Shown here: in pieces, positions 39,159-49,017 of the stretch
Layout of the letters: every line of letters begins with the position of its first letter
How positions within the stretch are numbered: position 1 is the stretch's first letter
From: an uncultured Planctomycetia bacterium
Lineage (GTDB): Bacteria; Omnitrophota; Gorgyraeia; Duberdicusellales; 4484-171
Direction: 5' to 3'
Assembly: GCA_964547735.1 (NCBI GenBank)
Contig: CAZJOV010000001.1
Coordinates: 5,789-69,788, forward strand
DNA length: 64,000 bases
The notes under the pieces: model-generated
What the model was told of the DNA's origin: nothing
The model's input: the letters and a program-made list of their open reading frames with translations, nothing else
Databases searched by the model: none
Translations under genes and position numbers: made by a program

Positions 39159-41429
39159 TTAAAACCCTCTACTTATACTGAAGTGAAACCTTCCTGCTTT
39201 TTTCTCCTCTCCTGGCTCTTTATTAAGAGGCCATCCATAATCCAAACTTATCGGTCCAATAGGCGTCTTAAGCCTTAAACCTGCCCCTATACTGGATTTA
39301 ACTCCTCCACTTAAAAAATCACTTCTCTCTCTCCACACATTTCCACTATCAAAGAAAGCTGCTACTCTTAAAAATTTATTTAAAGCATAAACATACTCCA
39401 GATTAACAATAAAAAGCGCCTCTCCTCCCACAGGATCTTCTGTTACCGAATCAATAGGACCTACTTTTCTCTCATGATACCCCCGAATAGTACTTGCTCC
39501 TCCGGCAAAGAATCTCTCATAGATAGGAACCTTCTCAGTATCCGAAAAAGGATAGGCTATTCCTGCCCTTAATTTAAATTCTAAAACTGAACGCTTCTTT
39601 ACAGAGATGTATTTACTGAAACGAAACAAACTCTTTAAGAAATCTTTATCTCCTCCCAAGAACCCTCCTGTAATTTGAAAAGATAAGGAGGTATAAAAAC
39701 CCTGAGAAGGGTCAAAGACATTATCTCTCTTATCCCAGCCAAGACTCATCTCTACACTACTTAAATCCGCTTTTCCTTCTTCCTCCTTTAAATCTGACGT
39801 TGCCTCAGAAGGCACATCTTTAATCTCCACATTCTCCAATCGATAAGAAATCCCTCCTTTTAAATAATCATTAAATTCTTTCCCCAATCTTAATCTTCCT
39901 CCTTTTGCCTCCACCTCATAGCCATACCCTACATCTCCTTCTCTCTCATGACCTTTTTTATATCCATCAAAGCCGAAAGAAACAGGATAGTCAAATATCC
40001 AAGGCTCTGTAAAACTTAACTCATAAGTCTCTGTAAGAGTTCCGCTGCTTATATACAAACTCAAATCTTGACCAGCCCCGGTAAAAGTCTTCCAGTTACG
40101 GTAGTCAAAATTACGCTGTCTTAGCTCAACAAAGCCAACCAATTTATCCACCGAGGAATAACCTCCCCCAAAACTTAAATAACCTGTCTTTTTCTCTTTA
40201 ACTTCCACAATCAACTTTTGCCAGTTAGGACGGGAAGTAGGATGGGTATCAAAACCTATCTCTTCAAAAAAACCTAAATTCTCCAGGCGTCTTTTTGACT
40301 TTCTTATTTTTTCTCCACTAAATCTATCTCCCGGATAAATTCTTAATTCTCTTCTAATCACTTTATCTTTTGTTTTCTCGTTTCCTTGAATAATTATTTC
40401 CTCTACATAATTAACTTCATTTTCGACAATTTTAAATGCAACATCCACTTTTTCTGTCTGAGGATTAAAATAAGTTAAAGGAGTTACCTGGGCAAATATA
40501 TAACCTTTATCGAAATATAAAGATTGGATTTTTCCTACTTGCTCTTTAATCCTTTCTTCGGTATAGACATCCTCCTTTTCAAGAGAAATTGACTTATAAA
40601 TCTGGGAAGAAGATATTTCTTTATTCCCTTCAATCTTTATCTCTCCTATAAGATACTGCGGACCCTCCTCAATATTAATAGTAACAAAAACTCCTCCTGC
40701 CAGATAATCCCAGGCATAATTTACCTTTATATCGGCAAAACCATTCTTTCTATAGAAATCTTTAATTCGCTCAACATCATCCTCCAAAGTCTCTTTTTTA
40801 AATATTCCTCTCCCCAGCAGCCACGCTTTTTTGGTACGCATAAGTTTTTTTATTCTTTTTGCAGAAAAGCTCTTATTTCCTTTTATGATTATCTTTCTTA
40901 CTTTAAGAATTTTTCCTTCTTTTATCATTATTTTTAGAAAAGCCTGATTATTCTTTTTATCTATGTCTAAAGAATACTCCACATCTATCCGGGAAAAACC
41001 TTTCTGAGAATAAAACTCCTTTATCTTCTTCAGTGCCTCTTTTACTTTAAGCTCGTCTAAAAAAGTTCCCTCTTTTATCCCCATAATCTCCAGTATCCTT
41101 CTTCTTCTTACATAACGGGTTCCTTCAATAATAATTTTTTTAACTACAGGCATCTCCTTTACTTTAAATTTAACTATGACTCCTTCAGGAGTATCTATCC
41201 TCTCTGCTTCTACTTTCTCAAAATATCCTAAATCCATTAGTGATTTCACATCTTGATTCATAACTGTTTCTCTATAGAGTTGACCTACTTTTGTTTTAAG
41301 GGAAGAAACTATTTTGGAACGGCTAATGATCTTGTTGCCTTCGATTTCTATGCGAACAATAAGATTATTTTGAGAAAAAGCAATGGGGAAAAATACAAAA
41401 GAAAAAATAAAAAAAAATAATTTTCTCAT
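39159..41429 (-). CDS. bamA: Outer membrane protein assembly factor BamA
   Basis: POTRA repeats (GN.KTKDKVIRREL), IRGY, C-terminal F; start set at ATG 41429. Confidence 0.95.
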   Translation of the reverse strand: MRKLFFFIFSFVFFPIAFSQNNLIVRIEIEGNKIISRSKIVSSLKTKVGQLYRETVMNQDVKSLMDLGYFEKVEAERIDTPEGVIVKFKVKEMPVVKKIIIEGTRYVRRRRILEIMGIKEGTFLDELKVKEALKKIKEFYSQKGFSRIDVEYSLDIDKKNNQAFLKIMIKEGKILKVRKIIIKGNKSFSAKRIKKLMRTKKAWLLGRGIFKKETLEDDVERIKDFYRKNGFADIKVNYAWDYLAGGVFVTINIEEGPQYLIGEIKIEGNKEISSSQIYKSISLEKEDVYTEERIKEQVGKIQSLYFDKGYIFAQVTPLTYFNPQTEKVDVAFKIVENEVNYVEEIIIQGNEKTKDKVIRRELRIYPGDRFSGEKIRKSKRRLENLGFFEEIGFDTHPTSRPNWQKLIVEVKEKKTGYLSFGGGYSSVDKLVGFVELRQRNFDYRNWKTFTGAGQDLSLYISSGTLTETYELSFTEPWIFDYPVSFGFDGYKKGHEREGDVGYGYEVEAKGGRLRLGKEFNDYLKGGISYRLENVEIKDVPSEATSDLKEEEGKADLSSVEMSLGWDKRDNVFDPSQGFYTSLSFQITGGFLGGDKDFLKSLFRFSKYISVKKRSVLEFKLRAGIAYPFSDTEKVPIYERFFAGGASTIRGYHERKVGPIDSVTEDPVGGEALFIVNLEYVYALNKFLRVAAFFDSGNVWRERSDFLSGGVKSSIGAGLRLKTPIGPISLDYGWPLNKEPGEEKKAGRFHFSISRGF

Positions 41430-41436
41430 TTGTTTA

Positions 41437-41465
41437 ATTATACCTTCCTCAAAACACAAAGTCAA
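41437..41465 (-). promoter_or_regulatory. Promoter for bamA (leaderless geometry)
   Basis: TTGACT-17-TATAAT, 7 nt before ATG. Confidence 0.7.
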
Positions 41466-42823
41466 TCTTCTCTTACCTTGGAAAGATTAACAAACTTCAT
41501 ATATTCTTTTATAAATCCCAAGAAAACGCTTCCTACCGGACCGTTTCTTTGTTTAGCAATAATAACTTCAGCAATTCCTTTATTCTCCGGGGTAGGATTA
41601 TAGTACTCTTCCCGCAGAAGTAACACTACCACATCCGCATCCTGCTCAATTGCCCCTGATTCTCTCAAATCAGAAAGCTGAGGGCGATGATCCGCGCGTG
41701 TTTCTACCGCTCGTGACAATTGACTTACAGCAATCAAAGGAATATCTAATTCTTTGGCTAATGCTTTTAAGGCTCGAGAGACTTCAGAAATTTCCTGTTG
41801 TCTTGATTCCTTTCTTCCTAGTGTACGCATCATCTGAAGATAATCAATAACCAAAAGTTTTATATCATGATGAGCCTTTAATCTTCTTGCTTTTGCTCTC
41901 ACTTCAAATATATTCATCAAGGGTGTATCATCGATATAAATGGGAGCGCCCGACAACTTTCCGGCAGCAGAGGTAAGAAGAGGCCATTCACTGGGAGAGA
42001 GAAACCCCGTTCTTAGTTTATGGATATCCACTTTAGCCTGAGAACATAACATTCTCTGAATAAGCTGCTGGCGGGACATCTCCAGACTAAAAAAAGCTAC
42101 CGGTAAACCCTCCTCAACCCCTGCATATTCAATAATATTACTTACAAATGCGCTTTTACCCATACTGGGGCGTCCAGCAACAACAATAAAATCGCCTTTT
42201 TGTAAACCTGCTGTTTTTATATCAAAATCGACAAAGCCGGTAGGGATTCCTGTAATATGAGATTTCTTATAGTAAAGAGATTCAATCACCTCAATACTTT
42301 CTTTAAGAATCTCTTTAATATGAGTATATCCCCCCTCAACTCGTGCATCACTTATCTCAAAGATTAATTTTTCTGCTTTGTCAAGAATAGAATTTACCTC
42401 TTCCTCTTCTTTATAAGCTAAGGATAAAATCTTATGGGCATTATTTATTAAAGACCGCAGGATCCCTTTTTCTCTAACAATACGCGCATAATATCCTACA
42501 TTAATGGAAGAAGGGACAAAATCAGCCAGAGTAGTTAAATAAGTAGCTCCTCCTACTTTCTCTAAAAGTTTTTTCCTGCTTAATTCTTCTGAAACAGTAA
42601 GAATATCTGCTTTTTTCCTTGCATCAAACAAAGAGACTATAGAAGAGAAAATAATTCTGTGTTCCTCTTTATAAAAATCCTCCTCCCCAACTATCTCTAT
42701 TACCTCCAAGATAGCTTCCTCATTAATAAGCATTGCTCCTAAAACCGCCATCTCTGCCTCAATATTTTGAGGAGGGATTTTTTCTAATTCCGAAGATAGA
42801 GAGGTTACTTTTTGACTACCCAT
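41462..42823 (-). CDS. dnaB: Replicative DNA helicase (no intein)
   Basis: PPQNIEAE, GRPSMGKS, IDYLQ, SQLSR, DLRESGAIEQDAD, KQRNGP. Confidence 0.98.
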   Translation of the reverse strand: MGSQKVTSLSSELEKIPPQNIEAEMAVLGAMLINEEAILEVIEIVGEEDFYKEEHRIIFSSIVSLFDARKKADILTVSEELSRKKLLEKVGGATYLTTLADFVPSSINVGYYARIVREKGILRSLINNAHKILSLAYKEEEEVNSILDKAEKLIFEISDARVEGGYTHIKEILKESIEVIESLYYKKSHITGIPTGFVDFDIKTAGLQKGDFIVVAGRPSMGKSAFVSNIIEYAGVEEGLPVAFFSLEMSRQQLIQRMLCSQAKVDIHKLRTGFLSPSEWPLLTSAAGKLSGAPIYIDDTPLMNIFEVRAKARRLKAHHDIKLLVIDYLQMMRTLGRKESRQQEISEVSRALKALAKELDIPLIAVSQLSRAVETRADHRPQLSDLRESGAIEQDADVVVLLLREEYYNPTPENKGIAEVIIAKQRNGPVGSVFLGFIKEYMKFVNLSKVRED

Positions 42824-43248
42824 ACACGAACAAAAGCATTAATATCTTTCTCCAGTGCTATCTCTACTTTATAGACACCTAATTTTTTTATTGGCTCCTC
42901 CAGTTTAATCTTATCTTTCTCTATCTCTATTCCTTCTTCTTTAAGAGCTTCCCTAATTTGAACTTCCCCGATAGAACCATAGAGAACCTCGTCTTCCTTC
43001 GCCTCTACTTGAAGAGTTAAGGAAACTTTCTCCAATCTCTCTTTAAGTTTTAAAGCAAGTTTTCTTTTTCTCTCTAAAATCTTTTCTTTTCTCTTTTTTA
43101 GCTCTTCAAATTTCTTTAAACTTTCTTTATTGGCTCGCCAGGCAAATCCATAAGGAATAAGATAATTACGTGCATAACCATCTTTTACTTCCACAATATC
43201 ACCTTCTCTTCCCAAACGTTTTACTTCTTTAAGAAGAATTATTTTCAT
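42805..43248 (-). CDS. rplI: 50S ribosomal protein L9
   Basis: VKDGYARNYLIP, LYGSI. Confidence 0.97.
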   Translation of the reverse strand: MKIILLKEVKRLGREGDIVEVKDGYARNYLIPYGFAWRANKESLKKFEELKKRKEKILERKRKLALKLKERLEKVSLTLQVEAKEDEVLYGSIGEVQIREALKEEGIEIEKDKIKLEEPIKKLGVYKVEIALEKDINAFVRVWVVKK

Positions 43249-43250
43249 CT

Positions 43251-43481
43251 CTACTTCGCCAGGTAAGGTAAAAGCGCCAAAAAGCGAGCTCTTTTAATTT
43301 CTCGAGCTAGTTTCCGTTGGTGCTTGGCACAATTTCCCGAAATCCTGCGAGAAATTATCTTCCCTTTAGAGGAAAGATAACGGGAGAGTAGTTCAATTTC
43401 CTTATAATCAATCTCTAATCCTTTCTTGCAAAATACACATCTCTTTTTAAATTTAATCTGTCTGATCTTTTTTTTAGCCAT
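43251..43481 (-). CDS. rpsR: 30S ribosomal protein S18 (C+ form)
   Basis: [21 protein letters not shown]. Confidence 0.97.
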   Translation of the reverse strand: MAKKKIRQIKFKKRCVFCKKGLEIDYKEIELLSRYLSSKGKIISRRISGNCAKHQRKLAREIKRARFLALLPYLAK

Positions 43482-43891
43482 TATAAAGCTCCCTCCTCAT
43501 CCAATTTCGGCATCTCTTCCTCTAAATTATCTAAATCCAGTGAAGTTACCTCTCCCCTATGTAAAGGAGGCATAAATTGCACTCTTTGTGCTCTTACATC
43601 AATCGTTGTTCTTTTTTTCCCCTCACTATCTTGCCAACTTCTTGACTGAAGCCTCCCTTCAACAAATACTGCTCTTCCCTTCTGAAGATATTGATTGCAT
43701 ATCTCAGCGGACTTCCCCCATACTACTACATTTATAAAACAGGTATCTCTTTTTGCCTCTCCATTTTTATCCTTAAAAGGAGTGTTTACCGCAATCCTTA
43801 AAGTAATTACCGCAGTACCTGACGGAGTATAACGCAGCTGGGGATCAGCGGTTAAGTTTCCCACTAAAAATACTTTATTCAAATTAACCAT
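43481..43891 (-). CDS. ssb: Single-stranded DNA-binding protein
   Basis: [29 protein letters not shown]. Confidence 0.95.
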   Translation of the reverse strand: MVNLNKVFLVGNLTADPQLRYTPSGTAVITLRIAVNTPFKDKNGEAKRDTCFINVVVWGKSAEICNQYLQKGRAVFVEGRLQSRSWQDSEGKKRTTIDVRAQRVQFMPPLHRGEVTSLDLDNLEEEMPKLDEEGAL

Positions 43892-44201
43892 CTCTTCTTA
43901 TAATAAGATTGCGTAAAATATTTTCTTCTAAACGAATCGTCTCCTTAAAATCAGGCATTTTTTCCACATCTAAAGAAAACCTAAGAAGATAATAAACTCC
44001 CCTATTAAATTTCTTCTTCTCTGCTCCTCGCAAACGTAAAGGATACATAAAATTTCTTTCCGCCCAAATCTTTGCCTCAAAAATTTTCCCTCCCAAATCA
44101 GATATTTTTCTTTTTAACTTTTCAAAAACTTTTTCTTTTTCTTCTTGAGAAAGATCAGGCCTTATAATCAGCATAGTTTCGTAACTTCTTTCCATATTCA
44201 A
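43884..44201 (-). CDS. rpsF: 30S ribosomal protein S6
   Basis: YETMLIIRPDL; rpsF-ssb-rpsR-rplI order. Confidence 0.92.
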   Translation of the reverse strand: MNMERSYETMLIIRPDLSQEEKEKVFEKLKRKISDLGGKIFEAKIWAERNFMYPLRLRGAEKKKFNRGVYYLLRFSLDVEKMPDFKETIRLEENILRNLIIRRDG

Positions 44202-44758
44202 TTCCTCCGATTATATCTCTGCATAACGTAACTTAAACCGAACTTTGCCCAATCTAAACAAGCCTGTGCACTTAATTCCAAAACATCTTCCAAATCTTCT
44301 TTCTCCTCTTCAGAAAACTCTGAGAGAACATACCCCACAACATCATCATCTTCCGGATGAGAAATTCCTATTCTTAACCGGATAATATCTTTTCTTTCTA
44401 AAAAATCGATAATTGAACCTATTCCTTTATGCCCTGCGGAAGAACCTCTACAAGAAAATTTTATCCTTCCCAAAGGAATATCCATATCGTCATAAACCAC
44501 CAAAAGACTATCCAAAGGAGTTTTATAATAAGAAAGCAATCTTTCCACAGTAAGATAAGATTCATTCATAAATACTAAAGGCTTGGCTAAAATTAAATCA
44601 TTATCTTGAAAGCTAGCTATCTCTGCTTTCATTTTTTTCTGTTTTTTAAACTTTAATCTCTTTTTATAAGCTATCCTTCCCACCACCATTGCTCCTATAT
44701 TATGACGGGTTTTACTGTAAGAGAGTGTGGGATTACCTAAGCCTAAAATAATTTTCAA
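44198..44758 (-). CDS. pth: Peptidyl-tRNA hydrolase
   Basis: GLGNP, TRHNIG, KP..FMN, YDD, GH.G, RLRIGI. Confidence 0.95.
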   Translation of the reverse strand: MKIILGLGNPTLSYSKTRHNIGAMVVGRIAYKKRLKFKKQKKMKAEIASFQDNDLILAKPLVFMNESYLTVERLLSYYKTPLDSLLVVYDDMDIPLGRIKFSCRGSSAGHKGIGSIIDFLERKDIIRLRIGISHPEDDDVVGYVLSEFSEEEKEDLEDVLELSAQACLDWAKFGLSYVMQRYNRRN

Positions 44759-45396
44759 CTCTCCTCTTCAGATTCTGCCTTTTTCTTCTCTTTAATTACT
44801 TCTGGTTCTTTTTCTTCCTCGCTTACCTCTTCAGAAACTTCCTCAGCTTGCTCCTCTTTACTCAGAATAGTAACTATCGTACCCTCAGGATCACTTACTA
44901 TTTTAATTTTTTCCAATTTTAAATCCTTTACATGGAAAGAATCACCTATCTTTAAAGAGGAAATATCTACTGTTATCTTCTCAGGAATCTCTAAAGGTAA
45001 GGCCTCTATCTCTATCTCCCACATCATCTGTTCTACTACCGCTTCTTTAATATTTTCTTCTCCTTTTATCTCTAAAGGGACTCTAACTCTTACCTTTTCC
45101 TTAAGGAAAACTCTCATAAGGTCCAAATGAATTACTTCCTCATCCAAAGGATGATACTGAACATCTTTAATAATACATTCTATCTTGGAAGAATCATCCA
45201 TAACAATCTCTACAAGCATAGCCTCACTAAAATGATGCTTTTTAAGAAGTTTCAATTCTGATTGAGGAATCTTAATGGGTAAATTAATATCTCTTCCGTA
45301 AATAATTGCTGGCAGAAATTTTTCCCTTCTTAATCTTTTTGTAGCTTGTTTGCCTGTCTTTTCTCTTCTAAATCCTTTAACCGTAACCTTTTCCAT
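44755..45396 (-). CDS. rplY: 50S ribosomal protein L25/Ctc
   Basis: RLRRE..LPAIIYG, KDVQYHP, H.D. Confidence 0.93.
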   Translation of the reverse strand: MEKVTVKGFRREKTGKQATKRLRREKFLPAIIYGRDINLPIKIPQSELKLLKKHHFSEAMLVEIVMDDSSKIECIIKDVQYHPLDEEVIHLDLMRVFLKEKVRVRVPLEIKGEENIKEAVVEQMMWEIEIEALPLEIPEKITVDISSLKIGDSFHVKDLKLEKIKIVSDPEGTIVTILSKEEQAEEVSEEVSEEEKEPEVIKEKKKAESEEES

Positions 45397-45402
45397 ATTC
45401 TG

Positions 45403-46350
45403 CTAACTTTTTATAAAATCAAAAAGAATACTAATAGACTCCTCCAAGTGTATTCTTTTTATCGCCTCAGCAAATAAAGAAGCAACTGAAACCACCTTAA
45501 TCCTTTTGTTTTTTTTCTGAGGAGCCAGCTCAATGGAATCGGTAATCACCAAAAAATCTATGGGAGAATTCTCCAGTTTCTCCACAGCATTTGCCGATAA
45601 TACCCCGTGGGTAACACAGGCATAAATTTTCTTTGCTCCCTTCTCTTTCAATACTTTTGCTGCTTCAACTAAAGAACCACCCGTAGCAATAAGGTCGTCA
45701 ACCAAAACCGCATTTTTACCTTTCACTTCTCCCAAAATATGCATCACCTCTGTAGAATCCGGAGAATTTCTTCTTTTATCCACAATCGCCAGAGCTGCTT
45801 TAAATCTTTTGGCATAAGCACGTGCCATCTTTATCCCTCCCACATCAGGAGAAACCACCACAAGGTTATTATTTATCTTTATTCTTTTAAAATACTCAAT
45901 AAATACATTCACGGCATACAGATGATCCAAGGGAATATCAAAAAATCCCTGAATTTGTCCCGCATGAAGGTCTAAGGTAAGAATACGATCTGCTCCAGCA
46001 ATAGTCAAAAGATTGGCTACCAACTTTGCAGTAATAGGAACACGGGGTTGGTCTTTTCTATCTTGGCGAGCATAGCCAAAATAAGGAATTACAGCAGTAA
46101 TTCTTCTTGCCGAGGCTCTTTTTAAGGCATCAAGCATAATAAGAAGCTCCATAAGGTTCTCATTTACGGGAGGAGAAGTGGGCTGAACTACAAAAACATC
46201 TTTACCTCTTACGTTATCTTCTATCTTTACCCTCACCTCTCCGTCGCTAAATCGAGAGACCAATGCTCTTCCTAATTTTATCTTAAGATAGGTGCAAATT
46301 TTTTTTGCCAGTTTGGGATTTGCATTCCCGCTAAAAACTAACATTCTCAC
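45403..46350 (-). CDS. prs: Ribose-phosphate pyrophosphokinase
   Basis: FSDGE, YFGYARQDRK, DLHAGQIQGFF, VDDLIATGG. Confidence 0.98.
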   Translation of the reverse strand: MRMLVFSGNANPKLAKKICTYLKIKLGRALVSRFSDGEVRVKIEDNVRGKDVFVVQPTSPPVNENLMELLIMLDALKRASARRITAVIPYFGYARQDRKDQPRVPITAKLVANLLTIAGADRILTLDLHAGQIQGFFDIPLDHLYAVNVFIEYFKRIKINNNLVVVSPDVGGIKMARAYAKRFKAALAIVDKRRNSPDSTEVMHILGEVKGKNAVLVDDLIATGGSLVEAAKVLKEKGAKKIYACVTHGVLSANAVEKLENSPIDFLVITDSIELAPQKKNKRIKVVSVASLFAEAIKRIHLEESISILFDFIKS

Positions 46351-47600
46351 CTCTTCTTCCTAAGAACCCTTGCAGGAACTCCCACTACAATTGTATTGCT
46401 CTTCACATTTTTGGTAACTACTGCCCCTGCTCCGGTTAAAGCTTTTTTCCCTATCTTTAAAGGAGCGACCAAAATTGTATCTGAACCAATAAAAGCTTCT
46501 TTTCCAATATAAGTTTTATTCTTTCTCTCCCCATCATAATTAGCGGTAACTGTTCCTGCACCGATATTTACTTTCTTCTCCAAGTATGCATCTCCCAGGT
46601 AACTGAAATGTTTAACTTTACTCTCTTCTCCTATATAAGAACGATTAATCTCTGCAAAATTACCAATTTGGGCTCCTTTTTTAATTATTGTATTCTCTCT
46701 TATATGAGCAAAGGGTCCAACTACACAATTGTCGCCAATTATAACATTTTTTTCAATAAAGGTAAAGGGGTAAATTATTGAATTCTTTCCAATTTTTGCA
46801 TCGTAACTTAAAAAGGTAGTATCCGGGTCAATAATTTTTACACCTTTCTTTAATGCATTCTGAATAAATCTTTGATTAAGTATTTTATATACTTGAGAAA
46901 AATCCTCCAATGTATTTACTCCTAAAATTTCTCTATTATCTTTTAAAGAATAGGTAGAAATTTTTGCTCCTTTTTTATAAAGAATCTCTATTACCTGAGT
47001 CAAAAAATACTCCTTTTTTCTTTTATCCATATTTATCTGAGAAAGAGCTTCCTTAAGTACTCCTTTCTTAAAACAATAGATACCGCTGTTGACTTCTCTC
47101 GATTTTTTCCTTAAGTTAATTTTTTCTATAATTTTTTCAACCTTTCCTTCTCCGTCTCTTAAGACTCTCCCTAAATCATTTTCTTCCTCCAAAAAGGCAG
47201 TAATAAAAGAACAATCACTATCGTTTTTAAAATGAAGAGCTATAAGTTTTTTTAAAGAAAAGGCTTTTACCAAAGGCACGTCACCACATAGAATTAAAAC
47301 ACTTCCTCCTTTATTGCATTTACTTAAACCTATCTCTACTGCTTTGGCAGTTCCGTTCAATACCTTCTGTTCAGCAAATCTTAAAGAAGGATAATTTTTT
47401 CTTACTATCTTCTTTACCATCTCCTTCCTGAACCCTACCACAAAAACAACCTGGTTGATGACATTTTTCAAAGAAAAAATAGTATCTAAAAGATAAAAAA
47501 CCAGAGGCCTTCCCCCTAATTCCACAACTACTTTTGGTTGATTAAGCCCTAACCGCTTGCTTCTTCCTGCTCCCAGAATTATCACATCTACTTTTTTCAT
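46347..47600 (-). CDS. glmU: GlmU (GlcNAc-1-P uridyl/acetyltransferase), somewhat shortened
   Basis: ILGAG, GTA.AV, GDVPL, EYFLT, GPFAHIR, HFSYLGDA, NIGAGT.TANYDG. Confidence 0.9.
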   Translation of the reverse strand: MKKVDVIILGAGRSKRLGLNQPKVVVELGGRPLVFYLLDTIFSLKNVINQVVFVVGFRKEMVKKIVRKNYPSLRFAEQKVLNGTAKAVEIGLSKCNKGGSVLILCGDVPLVKAFSLKKLIALHFKNDSDCSFITAFLEEENDLGRVLRDGEGKVEKIIEKINLRKKSREVNSGIYCFKKGVLKEALSQINMDKRKKEYFLTQVIEILYKKGAKISTYSLKDNREILGVNTLEDFSQVYKILNQRFIQNALKKGVKIIDPDTTFLSYDAKIGKNSIIYPFTFIEKNVIIGDNCVVGPFAHIRENTIIKKGAQIGNFAEINRSYIGEESKVKHFSYLGDAYLEKKVNIGAGTVTANYDGERKNKTYIGKEAFIGSDTILVAPLKIGKKALTGAGAVVTKNVKSNTIVVGVPARVLRKKR

Positions 47601-47636
47601 AAAATAGCACTACTAAAAAATAAAAATATATCCATT

Positions 47637-47708
47637 CTGCCCGGCTAGGACTCGAACCTAGATACCCAGACCCAAATTCTGGTGTGTTACCAGCTACACC
47701 ACCGGGCA
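47637..47708 (-). tRNA. tRNA-Gln(TTG)
   Basis: TGCCCGG/CCGGGCA acceptor; CCAGA-ATTTGGG-TCTGG; GTTCGAGTC; no CCA; usual ispE-prs context. Confidence 0.92.
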
Positions 47709-47723
47709 AAAGAGGAATTTCCT

Positions 47724-48125
47724 TTAGGAAGAGGAAGTTTTTATCTCGGAATCGCTTTTTTTAGTCTCTTTTTCCCGATAATAAGCATCTAAAATCTTGC
47801 TTTGCAAATAATCACGAAATTCTTGATTAATTGGATGAGCCAGATCTTGATGAATTATTCCTCGGTTAGCTAAATCCTTGGGTGGAGAAGGAAGTTGCAC
47901 CCCACACCAGTTGCAGTACTTTGAGCCTATATCAACTTTTTTCCCACAACGCGCACAGAACTGTTTCATCTTTCTTGCCGGCATAGCCACAAAAAGACCC
48001 TGGTTCCCCTCTACTACTTTGATGTTTCTTACAACAAACGAGTTGTCAAAAGTTACGGTAGCATAAGCCTTGAGCCTTTTTGACTCTTGAGGACGTAACG
48101 AAATTCTTACCTCTGTAATCTCCAT
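47724..48125 (-). CDS. spoVG: SpoVG-family protein with zinc-ribbon insertion
   Basis: MEITEVRI, LKAYATVTFD, GLFVAMP, CARC...CNWC, D.AHPI; SD AAGGAGG. Confidence 0.88.
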   Translation of the reverse strand: MEITEVRISLRPQESKRLKAYATVTFDNSFVVRNIKVVEGNQGLFVAMPARKMKQFCARCGKKVDIGSKYCNWCGVQLPSPPKDLANRGIIHQDLAHPINQEFRDYLQSKILDAYYREKETKKSDSEIKTSSS

Positions 48126-48141
48126 ACATCTACCTCCTTTG

Positions 48142-49017
48142 TTAGAAAACTCTCGCCTCAAAGATTAACCAATTCTTAAAAAATTCTCTCAGGTTTAGGC
48201 CTTCTTTCTCTCTCAGTATAAAAAAAGAACTTCCACTTCCTGTCATAACAAACCCTAACTTTTTTAACAACTCTTTCTTCTTCTTTAACTTAGGATATAT
48301 TTTAAATGCTACTTCCTCTAAAATATTAAACAAACCCTCTTTTAAAAGAACATTATCTTCATTTTTTAACGCATAGAAAATTATATTAACATTACTAAAC
48401 GATTTTGTCAATTTTCCTTTTACTTCTAGATTATTGAAAACCAAAGCTGTAGAACTCCTGAAATTAGGATACACAATAAAAAATTTTAAAGAAGGATGGA
48501 ATCTCCAACAACTGACTTTTTCTCCTCTTCCTCTTACCAAAGCTAGGGGGGCACCAGCCAAAAAAAAGTTTACATCACTACCTAATTCTTTTCCCAGATT
48601 AAATAACTCTTTTTTTGACAGTCTCAGTTTCAAAATTTCATTTATCCCCAAAAGAGTAAAAGCCGCATTTGAGGAAGCTCCGCCTAAACCCGCACCCTGA
48701 GGAATTCTTTTATTAAGAATCAAGAGGAAATTCTCTTTTATTCTTAGTCTTTTCTTTAAGAGAAATGCTGCTTTAAGAGAAAGATTTCTATCGTTCTCTA
48801 AAGACTTGTCATTACAGACGATCTTCGTTTTTTTATCTTTTCTTATAGTTAACTCATCACATAGAGTAATCCTTGCCATTATACTCTCTACCCGGTGAAA
48901 TCCACCAGAATATTTTCCTATCACATTAAGATAAAGATTAAGCTTGGCGGGCGAGAGGAGACTAATCTCGTAAGAGTTTCTCCACCGTATTAACGATATC
49001 CCCTGTGGAAAGTCCAT
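48142..49017 (-). CDS. ispE: CDP-ME kinase (start uncertain)
   Basis: PAKLNLYL, IPQGAGLGGASSNAA, GSDV.FF, MTGSGS. Confidence 0.93.
   Translation of the reverse strand: MDFPQGISLIRWRNSYEISLLSPAKLNLYLNVIGKYSGGFHRVESIMARITLCDELTIRKDKKTKIVCNDKSLENDRNLSLKAAFLLKKRLRIKENFLLILNKRIPQGAGLGGASSNAAFTLLGINEILKLRLSKKELFNLGKELGSDVNFFLAGAPLALVRGRGEKVSCWRFHPSLKFFIVYPNFRSSTALVFNNLEVKGKLTKSFSNVNIIFYALKNEDNVLLKEGLFNILEEVAFKIYPKLKKKKELLKKLGFVMTGSGSSFFILREKEGLNLREFFKNWLIFEARVF
48383..48411 (-). promoter_or_regulatory. Possible internal promoter in ispE for spoVG-tRNA-Gln-glmU-prs
   Basis: TTGACA-17-TAATAT with TG extension. Confidence 0.45.

Noticed and set aside
41405-41420. Long A/T homopolymers here and elsewhere as phase-variation tracts
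   Set aside because: All sit in intact frames and reflect Phe/Lys codons in an AT-rich genome
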